From a virus, in the IMG/VR virus record IMGVR_UViG_3300027996_000014, positions 24,209-88,208 of that record: 64,000 nt of DNA, one strand, 5' to 3'. Numbering within the stretch: the first letter of the stretch is position 1; every line of letters starts with the position of its first letter. The notes beneath the pieces were generated by a model. That model had not been told where the DNA came from and did not search any database. It saw only the letters and a program-made list of their open reading frames with translations. The translations under genes were made by a program, and so were the position numbers. Of this stretch, positions 46,911 to 58,000 are shown one piece after another.

Positions 46911-49592
46911 TTATTGATCATCTTCTCCACCTTGAATAAACCCTTTCATATCAACAACATTAAATGCTCTATAAGGTTCTTTAGTTCTCTCGTCCATGAA
47001 ATATTTACCTTCTTGATCTTTTAATAATATAAATGGTCTAATATTAGGTAATTTTACTTTAACCATAGTAGTTCTATTAGCAGGAGCATTTTGAGGATCA
47101 AATTTAAAACTACCAAAAGGTACAGCACGTCCTCCTTCATACTCATATGTATTTGGAGCTGATTCTAAAGTTGATGCCGCATCAAATCCTACTTCATCTA
47201 TACTATTAGGGTGAAGTACATCAAACAACATTGAATTTGCAATTATTCTAGTTGTTTGGTCTAGTTCACTATTTCCACTAGCACCTTGTATAATATCATT
47301 TATTAAAACTTTAGTTGATGCTTTACCACCTTCTTTCATTTCTAAATATGCATATTTAGTAATACCATCTTTATCTGTTACTGGAACTTTGTATACTGGT
47401 CTGTTACCTATTTTAACTAAATGTGCAGTAGCACCATTTTCAGAACTAAACTTAGTTCCTTCTTCTATATTACCTTTATCATCAAATCCATGATGATTTA
47501 TAAAATTAGCACTAAAAGCAGGTTTAAATGCTTGTAAATCTTCTGCTACAGTAAAATATCTATTTAATTTTTCATCTACATAATCATTACCAAGAAGAGT
47601 ATACCCCATTTGTTCTTTATCTCCACCAATTACTTCGTCTATTGTATTATTAAGATGTTTTCTTATTTTTTTATCACCTGCTTCATATGCATCTTGTACT
47701 GATGCATATCCTTTCATTTTTGCATATTCTGCAATTGTTATACTTTGACTACTTCCTCCTTGTGTACTTATATTTTTTGGTCTTATACCTAATCTCTTCA
47801 ACATCAAATTATCTTCTGCAGAATTTACTAATTTAGTAGTTCCATATCCATAACTTGAATTAATATCTATACGAAATTCATTAGATGCTTTTTTAATTTC
47901 TGGACTATCAAAAGCTATAGCAGTTATATTAGAAAGTCTATTTTTATCAGTTTTTGCTTCATGATAAGAATTTTCCATATCATCAACTGTTTTAAAATAA
48001 TTATCTCTTTGATTTTCATTTTGCAAAGAATTATATAATTTTTCAGATTGTTTTTGAGTTGTAGAAAAACCTGCTTCAATTAATTGTATGTAAAAATCTG
48101 CTGGATGGTTACTTGTAGCAATTATTTTTTTAAGTTTAATGTGCCTAGCTCCTGCTTGAATAGGATCTTTTTGATAATATTTTCTTTCTTTAGAACCACT
48201 AGATCCCATTACCATATTATAAAGTGCCCATTTACCTTGTGCATTTTTCTTTGCTTCGCCTTTAAGATTACTGGCCTCGATTTCAGTATTAATGCCTATT
48301 TGACCTAAAATATTTAAGTTTTTTAATAATTTATTAGTACTTTGATTTGATTTATCTCTTATTCCTTGAGTAGTAACTTGAAACATATCAGGACTCCATT
48401 CTTGATCATTTTGTGCATCATGTGTCCCATTACTACGTTCAGGTACTTTACTATGGCTTCTAGATTTAGTAATGTTTTGATACTCTACTAATTCTCCAAC
48501 TGTATCTGAATTAAATTTTCTAGCTAATAAATTATTATGATGTAAATTTTGAATTAAATTTGAATCATATTCATTTTCTTTTTGACTTTCAAGTTTTTCT
48601 TTATGAGCATTTAAATTTTGATAATATTCACTATCTTTAATAGTTTTATCTTTCTTACTACGTTCATCTAAGTTTTCTAATGTAGCGTCTACCTTTTCTA
48701 ATTCTCTTTTAACAAGATTACCTGCAATTTCATTATAATTTTTATTTTTAAATTCATAATTAACATCACCTTCTTTATAGTTAGTTAATTTCCAATGGTC
48801 ATACTCTGCTTCTTCTGCTGCCCATTTTATAAAATCTGGTTGAGTTCTTAAAAAATCTTCAACTTTTTTAGCTACATCTTTTGCATTTTTTCCTTCTTTA
48901 GTATAAGTTACACTTTCAATATCTCCCCAATCAGTTATTCCTCTATCACCAAACCAAGTTGATTTTTGTGAATGAGTCATTCCAGCAATCTTTAAAGATA
49001 ATTCTCTAAGTTCTTTAGTTTTATCAGTTAATCTTCCAACTCTACCAATAGTATTATAAGTTCCATCTAAACCATCATCTTCAAAATTAGTACCTCCTCC
49101 ATCAGCTTCAAAATCTTGAATTGAACGTTGTTTCCAATCATAATACTGATCTCTAGTAATACCGTTACTAGCAGCTCCAATCCTATCTTTTTGTTCTTTA
49201 TCAAGAGCCATCCAATTAGTATAATTAGACTCTAATGCATTACGATTTTTATTATCAGTCCAACTGTTTTGAAGTTTTTTAATACCTCTTGACGCAGCTC
49301 TATAATCTTTAGATTTAGTTAGATTAGTAATTAATTCATCACGTTGAACAGACATTTCTTGAGCTAATTGTTTAGCTTTTGTTGGGTCAGTACCATATGG
49401 TAAATGTTTAATTTTAAAATCTAAATCATCAATTTGAGAAGTAGCATTATCATAATACCCTTGCATTCGCCTTAAAGGTTCTGCAAATTTTTCAAAACCT
49501 AATGGTTTATATTGAAATTTAGCATGAGACGAACCTGGTACTATTGTAAGAGCAGATCCGAATTGTGATTTATTATTTAAAATCTTTTTCAT
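46911..49592 (-). CDS. virion cargo/ejection protein (893 aa)
   Basis: Immediately upstream of the RNAP gene; helical; YKPLGFEKFAEP N-terminus. Confidence 0.65.
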   Translation of the reverse strand: MKKILNNKSQFGSALTIVPGSSHAKFQYKPLGFEKFAEPLRRMQGYYDNATSQIDDLDFKIKHLPYGTDPTKAKQLAQEMSVQRDELITNLTKSKDYRAASRGIKKLQNSWTDNKNRNALESNYTNWMALDKEQKDRIGAASNGITRDQYYDWKQRSIQDFEADGGGTNFEDDGLDGTYNTIGRVGRLTDKTKELRELSLKIAGMTHSQKSTWFGDRGITDWGDIESVTYTKEGKNAKDVAKKVEDFLRTQPDFIKWAAEEAEYDHWKLTNYKEGDVNYEFKNKNYNEIAGNLVKRELEKVDATLENLDERSKKDKTIKDSEYYQNLNAHKEKLESQKENEYDSNLIQNLHHNNLLARKFNSDTVGELVEYQNITKSRSHSKVPERSNGTHDAQNDQEWSPDMFQVTTQGIRDKSNQSTNKLLKNLNILGQIGINTEIEASNLKGEAKKNAQGKWALYNMVMGSSGSKERKYYQKDPIQAGARHIKLKKIIATSNHPADFYIQLIEAGFSTTQKQSEKLYNSLQNENQRDNYFKTVDDMENSYHEAKTDKNRLSNITAIAFDSPEIKKASNEFRIDINSSYGYGTTKLVNSAEDNLMLKRLGIRPKNISTQGGSSQSITIAEYAKMKGYASVQDAYEAGDKKIRKHLNNTIDEVIGGDKEQMGYTLLGNDYVDEKLNRYFTVAEDLQAFKPAFSANFINHHGFDDKGNIEEGTKFSSENGATAHLVKIGNRPVYKVPVTDKDGITKYAYLEMKEGGKASTKVLINDIIQGASGNSELDQTTRIIANSMLFDVLHPNSIDEVGFDAASTLESAPNTYEYEGGRAVPFGSFKFDPQNAPANRTTMVKVKLPNIRPFILLKDQEGKYFMDERTKEPYRAFNVVDMKGFIQGGEDDQ

Positions 49593-49598
49593 TATGCT

Positions 49599-52500
49599 TT
49601 ATTTTTTTTTAGCTTTTTTAGCTTTTTTATTCTTTCGGTTTTCTAGATATCTTTCATAAGGAGTACTGTACTCAAATCTATAGTCAGGAACTCCCATGTT
49701 GGCATACTGTAATGCGATTTCATCTTCTTGTTGAGCTCTATTGTATTCAGCTAACTGATCAATACCTCTCATCAATTGAGCACTTTTAGCAGCTTTAGCA
49801 GCTTTAGAATATTGTTTTTCAGTATTACCTTGTTGTAAGTTTTGCAACTCAAGTCTCATGTTAGTAAGTTTCTCTTGATTTTCAATTGCAGTATTTTGCT
49901 TATTTATTCTATCATATGAACCAGCTATAGCACTAGCTTCAGAATTAAATAATGCTTGTTTACCTGTTAAATAATTAGAAGCATTTGCATTTCCTTCTAA
50001 TCCTTTACTAGCTCTATTACCAGCCATTCCTATTCTGGCTATTTCATCTCTATTATTTAATTTATCAAAATTTACTTTAGTTGCTCTATCTAATTCTAAC
50101 TTATCTTCTTTACCAAATAAACCCATTGCTAAATTAGTAGCCATTGGTGCTAATTGACCTAGTTGATTTCCTAATGTTTGTTCAGATGAATATGTCTTTT
50201 GTGTGTTTTCTTTCTTTTCATCTTTTTTTGTAGATGCTCCATCAGTATTATCAAATTCAGATAATGAATGATCTCTTTCATAACTTCTAGATTTCCATAA
50301 TTCAGAATTGAACCCATTATCTTGTAGATAAGGATTATTTAAATAGTCACCATTTTGATACATATTTCCTCCGTTTGCTTTTTTTTCTAAAACTTCTGTA
50401 TCATATGCATTATCTACTTTAGCTCCAATAATATTTCCCGCTAAACTAGTAGCAGTATTTATTGCATTTACTCCTTTGTTAGAATTAGATTTATCTTCTT
50501 CTCTTTTAATTGTTTCATTATATTCAGGATGGGAAGGATCGTTTAAAATTTTTGTCCTTTCAACATTTGCTTTATCTGTTTTAGAATCAGTAAAATTATC
50601 GATTCCTGCTCCTGCAGCATTTGCTATAAGACTTCCAGTAGAACCTAATCCTCCTTTTGCGGCACCTTTACCAGTATCTAATGCAAGTTGTCCAAAATCT
50701 GTATCATTAAACGACAATTTACCATCATCTGATGCAGCTGCTTTATCACCATAGTATCCTGCCGCCCCTCCTAGTGCTCCTAAACTTGCACCAATCGCTG
50801 TACCTACACCTGGGATATTTCCTACAATATTTCCTGCGGTATTTAATACGTTTGATGCTATATTCATACCTGCACCATATTTAAATTGAGAATTATATTT
50901 ATTAATATTACCTCCGTAAGCCATCATAGGTGGTTGTCCTTGTCCACCTTGTTGTTGCATCATTGCCATTTCTTCAGGTGAAGGTTGTCCACCTTGTTGA
51001 GGCATTCCACCTTGAGGAGCACCTTGTTGCATTTGTTGTTGCATTTGCTGTTCCTGTTGTTGTTGCTGTTGCATCATCATCATTTCTTCTTCAGAAGGTT
51101 GTCCTTGTTCTTGAGGAGCTTGTTCTTGCTGTTGAGAAGCAAGTAACTGTTCCATTCTTTCTGGAAATGCTTCTTGCATCTTAGCCATTTCAGTATCAAA
51201 TGCTACTTGTTTTTTAGCATCTTCTTCAGCATTCTTTTTTTCACTTAATTCTTTATGTGCATCAATATAAGGACCTATTTCTAATTCTTTAGAATGTTCT
51301 TCAATAGAATCTCCTGTTCGTCTAGAATCTCTTCTTAAAAGGCTATTAAATACCTTAACCATATCTTTACCAATATAACGTTTATCTAGACCATATTCTT
51401 TTACAGCATCTTTAGTTAATCTAATTTTAGGAGAAATAATAAAACTTTCATCATCTCTTGGATCAATAATTTTTAATTCACCTTCTTCTACTAAGTTTGG
51501 TTTACCATTAGGATTCATTCCTTGAGGTATTCCTCCTAAAGGACTTTTATCATGTGAACCACCTGCATTAAACTCTGTAGTAGGAACTGAACCAGGATTT
51601 CCTGGAATTAATCCTCCATTTTCCATTCTTCCACCGTTAACATATTTTTTACCTCCATAACGGTTTTGATTTGGAAATGGAACTTGACCATTATTTTCTT
51701 TCCTTGAAATATTTATTTCTTCTTGCGTCATTCCTTCAAGTTGAGCTTTACGTGCAGCTAATGATGCAGCAGCTTGTTCACGTTTTGTAGTACCTTCAGG
51801 TGAATAATATCTTTTTGCATTAGCTTGATCAACATATTGAGAATATTGTCTATTTCCTATTTGTCCTTCTCCAGGTGGGTATTGATTAGGATCTAATATT
51901 GCTCCAGTATTAGCATCTAACATATGAGGTGTAGTAGGTACAGGTGGAGTAGGAACATTTACAGTAGGCGCAGGAATCATTCTATTTGGGTTACCATAAT
52001 AAGGATAACTTTGACCTGGATTATTAGGATCTATCCATACTTCAGTAGCATCAAACCCTATATATGGAGCGCCTCGTTTTGATATATTGGCATTATACGC
52101 TTTTAATTCTTCAGCGTTTAACTTTTTATTAAATATCTCATCATTGCGATATCCTGTTTGCCACTCTTGTCTTATTTTATTTTGTTGATCATAATTTGGA
52201 TTAGGGATCATTGTACCAGGTTTAGGAGCAGTAGCTCTAACTTCTTCAAGATCAATTGTTTGTAATCCATTTCCTTGACTATTTTGATGTATGTTTCCTC
52301 CATATGCGTTACTATATGCATTATCACCATAACCGTTCATTAAAGGCCATCCAGTTTTTTTAGTAATCCCTTGTCCTGTTTTTCTCCACGTTTCATTTTT
52401 TTGAGTAACAGGATTATATTTAGATACACCTGCACCAACTGTTTTATCAGGATTAGTTAAATTAGTTAAACTTCCATGTAAACCTGGATTTTTTACAAAT

Positions 52501-55007
52501 ACTGATTCACCACCTGCTCCAACTCCTCTTGTATAATCATAATTTTGATTTATAGTATTTTGATAACCTATAGGCATATCAGCATAAGATTGCATTTTTT
52601 TAGTCATTGGATTCATATACTCATTTTGAGTAAAAGCTGGTTTAACTCCTTGTCTATAAGAAGATGCTATTATACCTTCAGTATCAACATTTGGCATACC
52701 TCCAATATAACTTGGAGTAGTAGCACTTCTATCAATTTGTAATCCATCAGGGTCACTATTTTGATGTATGTTATTTTCTCCATAATTTAAATATCCTCCA
52801 TCTTTAAATTTATTACCTGCAGGAGTTTTCATAAACTGAGCATAAGTAAATTTTGAACGTTTGTTTGCTTTTTTCTTTTTCATATCATTATCCGTTAAGG
52901 GTATTTCTGTATTATTTATAGGAGTTTCTCTTACAATTCCATCTTTATTTACAGGAACTTTAGTCACTCCTGAATAAGCTTTTAATTTTACACCATTAGC
53001 ATCAATGTCTATACCTGTATTAGACATATCAATAAGTCCTTTACCTTGAGTGTCAATATCTATAAAAGGTTCATTGCGATATGAAGAATCATCTCTGTAT
53101 CCCATTTGAGATATATCTCCTCCGTACTTTAATTCTTCTTCATTACTGTGAGCACTTCTAATTAAAGGATTTTTAAGTCTTTGAAAAGCATTAGCTTCTT
53201 TTGCTACTAATGAAGATGGAACAAATGGAGCAGCAATATTTCTTACTTGCTGCATACTTGTTGGTTTAAATGTATTAGCATTAGTTCTAGGTAATAAATA
53301 TTCATTAGGATTATAAAATCCTTTATTTCCTAATGCGTCTTGTAAAAGTTTATCACTTTTATATAAGTCAGTATTCCAATATCCTTCAGGATTAGCTATT
53401 GCTTCATCCATCTTAGTTCTCATTGCACTAGATTGATTATCGTAATATTTTTTAAAAGCAGGATTACTAGCAACATCAGTTTTACTAGGTATTGTTCTTG
53501 ACAATGCTTCTTCAATACGTAACTTTTCAGTAGGATCTAATTTTGGATCTTTTAATTTTTTAGCTAAATTATCTAACCTGTAATTAGAATTAGCGGCTTT
53601 AGATCCAGGTATAATATCACCTAATACATCATCTCCATACTGCCTAGCATAATTTAAAGCTTCTTTATTTTCTTGCAATGATGCATACCATCCTCCATCT
53701 GTAAGATCAGCAGTACCATTAGCAATTCTTTCTTCTAAAGCTTTAATACCACCTTTATCTGTAAATCTACTAAGATCACCTTTTTTAAATAATGATTTAA
53801 ATTTTGCATTACCTTGAAGTACATTTCTGAAACCTGCGGGCATAGATTTTAATCTACTTGAATTTTTTAATAATTTAGCATTTTTAGCAGAAGCAGCAAA
53901 AGGAATCATACCAGCAACATCTAATGTTTTATCTACACCTGACCAATAAGGGTTCCCTGTTATTGGGTTTACATCTGGAGTATTATTAGCAAACTTATCG
54001 TAAGCCCAACCCATTGGGGTAGTCGTTACTGCTAAATCAGCTAATGTATTACCAACTCCTTTAGTTGTTCCTATAGGGTCATTCCAAATTCTATTTAATG
54101 CAGGTGCTCCTGTAAGTTCTAGTACAGCATCTGTAAGCCACATATTCTTCTCCTTTTCCTTTGTCTGCAATTCATCTCTTAGTTTCCACTCTCCGTTGTA
54201 TTTTTCTTTTACATTTTCTGAATCAAATCTTGCCCAGTCATTGTCTTCATATCTTTTATAAAAACCTGTAGCATCCATCTTCTTTTCCTTAAGTAGTCGT
54301 TTGGCTTTTTGATAATCAGTAGCATCTTTCTTATAACTTTTAACATCAGCAACAAATTGCGCCATAGTCTTAAAAGAAAAATCTTCGTATTTATTTTCCT
54401 TGTCTACAATTCTACCTTCGACAGTACTTGCAAGACCTCTTACTTTATCAAGTAAATTTTTATATTTACTTTGCTTAGCTTTATTAGCACTTACAAATGC
54501 TTCTGGTATTTCTTGATATTTTTCTTCAGGGTTACCACCATTTTGAAAAGAATTTGATACTGGTGGATTTGAAGAATAATTCCAAGTAGGGTTATTTGGA
54601 GCTAAAGTTCCTCCGTACTTTTTTTGTTGAAAAGCAGGAGATATTTTTTTATAATTGTCTGCTGCAAAATATTCTGCATCTCTATTATTATCAAATCTAA
54701 TAGCTTCATTAGAACGAGGTCCATAATTACCTAATTGTAATTGACCATTTTCATTTTGAATTTGAGGAACTGCATAATTATCCATGCTACTCATATAATG
54801 ACTACCATTATCTCCATTTGGAAATTGATAGTAGTTATCTACAGGTGCAACCATACGTTGTGCAGCAGGGTTGCCATGCATTTGAGCATAGGCTAATCTA
54901 GCTTTCATCATAGCTAACATAGCTTCATCGTCAATTACATCTGGATTACTAGTTGCTCTAGGTCCAGATGTATTTTCAATAACACTACGTTTCTTCTTCT
55001 TAGCCAT
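49599..55007 (-). CDS. virion cargo protein with modules separated by xx(Y/N/D)GG motifs and a poly-Q tract (1802 aa)
   Basis: About ten GG motifs; EFNAGGSH...GGIPQG...NLVEEGE domain; Q/M-rich tract; glycine zipper. Confidence 0.7.
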   Translation of the reverse strand: MAKKKKRSVIENTSGPRATSNPDVIDDEAMLAMMKARLAYAQMHGNPAAQRMVAPVDNYYQFPNGDNGSHYMSSMDNYAVPQIQNENGQLQLGNYGPRSNEAIRFDNNRDAEYFAADNYKKISPAFQQKKYGGTLAPNNPTWNYSSNPPVSNSFQNGGNPEEKYQEIPEAFVSANKAKQSKYKNLLDKVRGLASTVEGRIVDKENKYEDFSFKTMAQFVADVKSYKKDATDYQKAKRLLKEKKMDATGFYKRYEDNDWARFDSENVKEKYNGEWKLRDELQTKEKEKNMWLTDAVLELTGAPALNRIWNDPIGTTKGVGNTLADLAVTTTPMGWAYDKFANNTPDVNPITGNPYWSGVDKTLDVAGMIPFAASAKNAKLLKNSSRLKSMPAGFRNVLQGNAKFKSLFKKGDLSRFTDKGGIKALEERIANGTADLTDGGWYASLQENKEALNYARQYGDDVLGDIIPGSKAANSNYRLDNLAKKLKDPKLDPTEKLRIEEALSRTIPSKTDVASNPAFKKYYDNQSSAMRTKMDEAIANPEGYWNTDLYKSDKLLQDALGNKGFYNPNEYLLPRTNANTFKPTSMQQVRNIAAPFVPSSLVAKEANAFQRLKNPLIRSAHSNEEELKYGGDISQMGYRDDSSYRNEPFIDIDTQGKGLIDMSNTGIDIDANGVKLKAYSGVTKVPVNKDGIVRETPINNTEIPLTDNDMKKKKANKRSKFTYAQFMKTPAGNKFKDGGYLNYGENNIHQNSDPDGLQIDRSATTPSYIGGMPNVDTEGIIASSYRQGVKPAFTQNEYMNPMTKKMQSYADMPIGYQNTINQNYDYTRGVGAGGESVFVKNPGLHGSLTNLTNPDKTVGAGVSKYNPVTQKNETWRKTGQGITKKTGWPLMNGYGDNAYSNAYGGNIHQNSQGNGLQTIDLEEVRATAPKPGTMIPNPNYDQQNKIRQEWQTGYRNDEIFNKKLNAEELKAYNANISKRGAPYIGFDATEVWIDPNNPGQSYPYYGNPNRMIPAPTVNVPTPPVPTTPHMLDANTGAILDPNQYPPGEGQIGNRQYSQYVDQANAKRYYSPEGTTKREQAAASLAARKAQLEGMTQEEINISRKENNGQVPFPNQNRYGGKKYVNGGRMENGGLIPGNPGSVPTTEFNAGGSHDKSPLGGIPQGMNPNGKPNLVEEGELKIIDPRDDESFIISPKIRLTKDAVKEYGLDKRYIGKDMVKVFNSLLRRDSRRTGDSIEEHSKELEIGPYIDAHKELSEKKNAEEDAKKQVAFDTEMAKMQEAFPERMEQLLASQQQEQAPQEQGQPSEEEMMMMQQQQQQEQQMQQQMQQGAPQGGMPQQGGQPSPEEMAMMQQQGGQGQPPMMAYGGNINKYNSQFKYGAGMNIASNVLNTAGNIVGNIPGVGTAIGASLGALGGAAGYYGDKAAASDDGKLSFNDTDFGQLALDTGKGAAKGGLGSTGSLIANAAGAGIDNFTDSKTDKANVERTKILNDPSHPEYNETIKREEDKSNSNKGVNAINTATSLAGNIIGAKVDNAYDTEVLEKKANGGNMYQNGDYLNNPYLQDNGFNSELWKSRSYERDHSLSEFDNTDGASTKKDEKKENTQKTYSSEQTLGNQLGQLAPMATNLAMGLFGKEDKLELDRATKVNFDKLNNRDEIARIGMAGNRASKGLEGNANASNYLTGKQALFNSEASAIAGSYDRINKQNTAIENQEKLTNMRLELQNLQQGNTEKQYSKAAKAAKSAQLMRGIDQLAEYNRAQQEDEIALQYANMGVPDYRFEYSTPYERYLENRKNKKAKKAKKK
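50930..51135 (-). repeat. low-complexity poly-Gln/Met tract
   Basis: (CAA/CAG)n runs and a duplicated QPS(P)EEM unit. Confidence 0.85.
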
Positions 55008-55009
55008 GT

Positions 55010-58000
55010 TTAAAATGATTGTTCATCGTAATAATACATTATTCTATTAAGTATTAATTCTTTATTTTGAGTATTGTCAAAGTATAAAGTTAATATAAAA
55101 TGTGTACTTCTCAAACGTTGAGTGTTCATAACTCCTGTTGCATCACGAGGAATCTTTAATCTCCACTTATCAAATTTACGTTTTATTCTTCCAGTAGAAA
55201 AATCTATTTTATTAGTAGTCTGATATTCAGTTGTTACTTTAAATGCAGTTATAGTTACAAATCTATCAATAAGTTTATTATCATCTCTAACTATTGAATT
55301 AAATTCTATGAACCTAAGAACTTTATTAATATCAGAATTATCATTAAGTACTAATTTTATACTAGTTTCTGTAACGTTATTATAAAAATTACCCCATTGA
55401 CCTGTACCATTTTGATATATAACACCAGGGTTAAGAGGATCTGGTGATAGTATTATATCTTTATTTTCTACATAAATTGATGGAACTGCACTATATCTTG
55501 ATGAAAATTGATTAGCTACTTCGTCAAATACTAATGAGTCTGCTTTTAATGGATTATCTTTTAATCCTAAAAAAGTAAATATAATTTCATTATTAATTAA
55601 ATCTCTTGATGCATGTACTCCTTTACGTAATATTGGATTATCTCCATCATTTTCTTTACGTAATGAAATATCACCTTTTAAATTTTTTAAAAAACTATGA
55701 TTACCTTTCATTTCGGATATTGGTGCATTACTTTCTCCAATTTTAAATATTTTATTATGAATACCATCAAAATAATAAATACCTGTATCAGAATCAACTA
55801 CTGCCCATTGATGAATTGATCCATATTTATTTGAAATATAAGTATGATCTTGAAAACCTTTAGAAGAACCAAGTTCTGTTGGTATTCCATCATCAGTAGA
55901 TGTTACTGCCCTAGGGTTAATAGAGTATTTACCTACTGCAGTATCTTGAAAATAATAAACATTGTCTTTATAATTAATTATTTTATTAATTGGTCCATAA
56001 TCATCTATATCATAAAAATTAGCAATTCCAAATTTTGTCCAAGAATCTACAGTTTCAGAATTAATTTTTACATTTGAAAGATATGCACGAGTATCATTTA
56101 TATCACAATCTATTTCAAGATTAAGAGGTTTAACAAAAAATACAACATCATTATTTTCAATTGAATAAACATTATTATATGTATTAAAATACATAAATGA
56201 TGATTTACCAAAGTCAGTAGAACTATTATCTGATTCTTGTCTCCAATGTTCATGTATAATTCCATTAGGACCACCATTAGCAGTAAACTCTACTCCTGTT
56301 TTAAGTGTTGAACCATAAGCTAATTCTACATTGACTCTTGATTCCATAAACATTGCAGTAGTTACACTATAATTATGCCTATACTGTTGAAATGCGTTAC
56401 TTGAATTACCATTTAATCCTCCTGGATCATAATATTTTTGATTTATCCATGCTGCTTGTTCTTGAAATGTAAAAGATGTAATAAATATATCTCCTCCAAA
56501 AATAGTAGGATTAAGATTTTCTTTACTTATTATAGGAGAAGCTACTATAAATGTATTAGCTACTAATGCATTTGGAGTATATCCTCCATATACTTCTAAT
56601 CTAGGAACTAATATATCCATTATAGGAGTACTATTTAAATCTGCATTACGATAATTTTCATTAATTAAGTTAGAAGGTTGATTAGTTAAAGTTTTTTCTA
56701 ATTTAGATGTTACAAAATTTTCAGGAATAGATGTAGCACCATTACTGTTTTCTATAGGAAGTTCTAAATCTAATACTCGTCCAGATCTAAAATGATTTTT
56801 AGCAGATATTAATCCTGTTATTGCAATACCTGTATAAGGATCTATTGTTGGAATTTTAATACTTCCTGTTAATCCTGTAGCACCTTTAGCAATACTTGCA
56901 GGAGCTTTATTTCCATAATTAATAACACCAGGAAGACTTACATTAGTTCCTCTATTATTAGTTTCTAAATCATTAATTCCTTGATATTCATTATCTAAAT
57001 AAATATAAAAATTTCTTAAATGCCACGGTTCTGGAGCATCACTATTACCAGATTCATTAAATCCTTGATAAGGTCCTAGTTTAAATCCAATAGGTTCGTT
57101 ACTATTATTTGGTTTATTATTTGTAGTAAAATCAACAATATTAAAATCTTTTAATTGTTTTACATACTCAACTCCTCTTTGAAATGGTAAATTGTATCCT
57201 GCACCTGGTGCAATACTTTCTTTATCTACTTGAGAAACAGTTCTTAAAGTTCTTCTCATGTCTCGAATTTCTCCTAAACGTTCTTCATCACTTCCACTAG
57301 GTCCAGTTACTTTTGTAGAATACCCATACCATGCTTTATCATCACTATATATATTCATATTTGGAACAGGGTCATTACCTGGATATGTTGTTTGACTATT
57401 ACCAAATTTTAAATCTATACCATTAGTTTGAGTTGTAGAAAAAAAATCTCGATATCTACCTGTAATTAATAACATTGAATCTGCTGTAATAGAATTTCTT
57501 GTTTCAGCAAAATTATATGATATATCTGGAGAATACATACTCAAAAAACTTCCCATTATTTTTTGTTCTCCAGTAGCATCTTTAGCAGGATCATAAGGAT
57601 TAGGAATTTCAGGATTACTACGATATTCGTCATTAATAGTAAAAAAATTACCATTACATCCTGCTTTTGTTTTAGGTCCATCAGGAGATGTTCCACCTAA
57701 TATATATGAAGAATCATTATGCCTAGTCCAAGGAAATAAATGAAGAACATTTTCTTTGTCACCATTAGGTTTTAAATTAAACCCATTATCTGTGCTTTTA
57801 TTAGTTCTATTAGATTCTATATCATGTTTACCAAAAGTTTTCATTATACCAGTACATAGCCTTCTCGATTCATTAATTTTACGTTTTACACGTACTATTT
57901 GATAACTTTCTATTTTACTTTCTAAAATTGGACATGAGCTAAAATCAATATTAAATTTAATACCCATTGCATAAGCATCTGTTTTCCTATCATTAGAATT

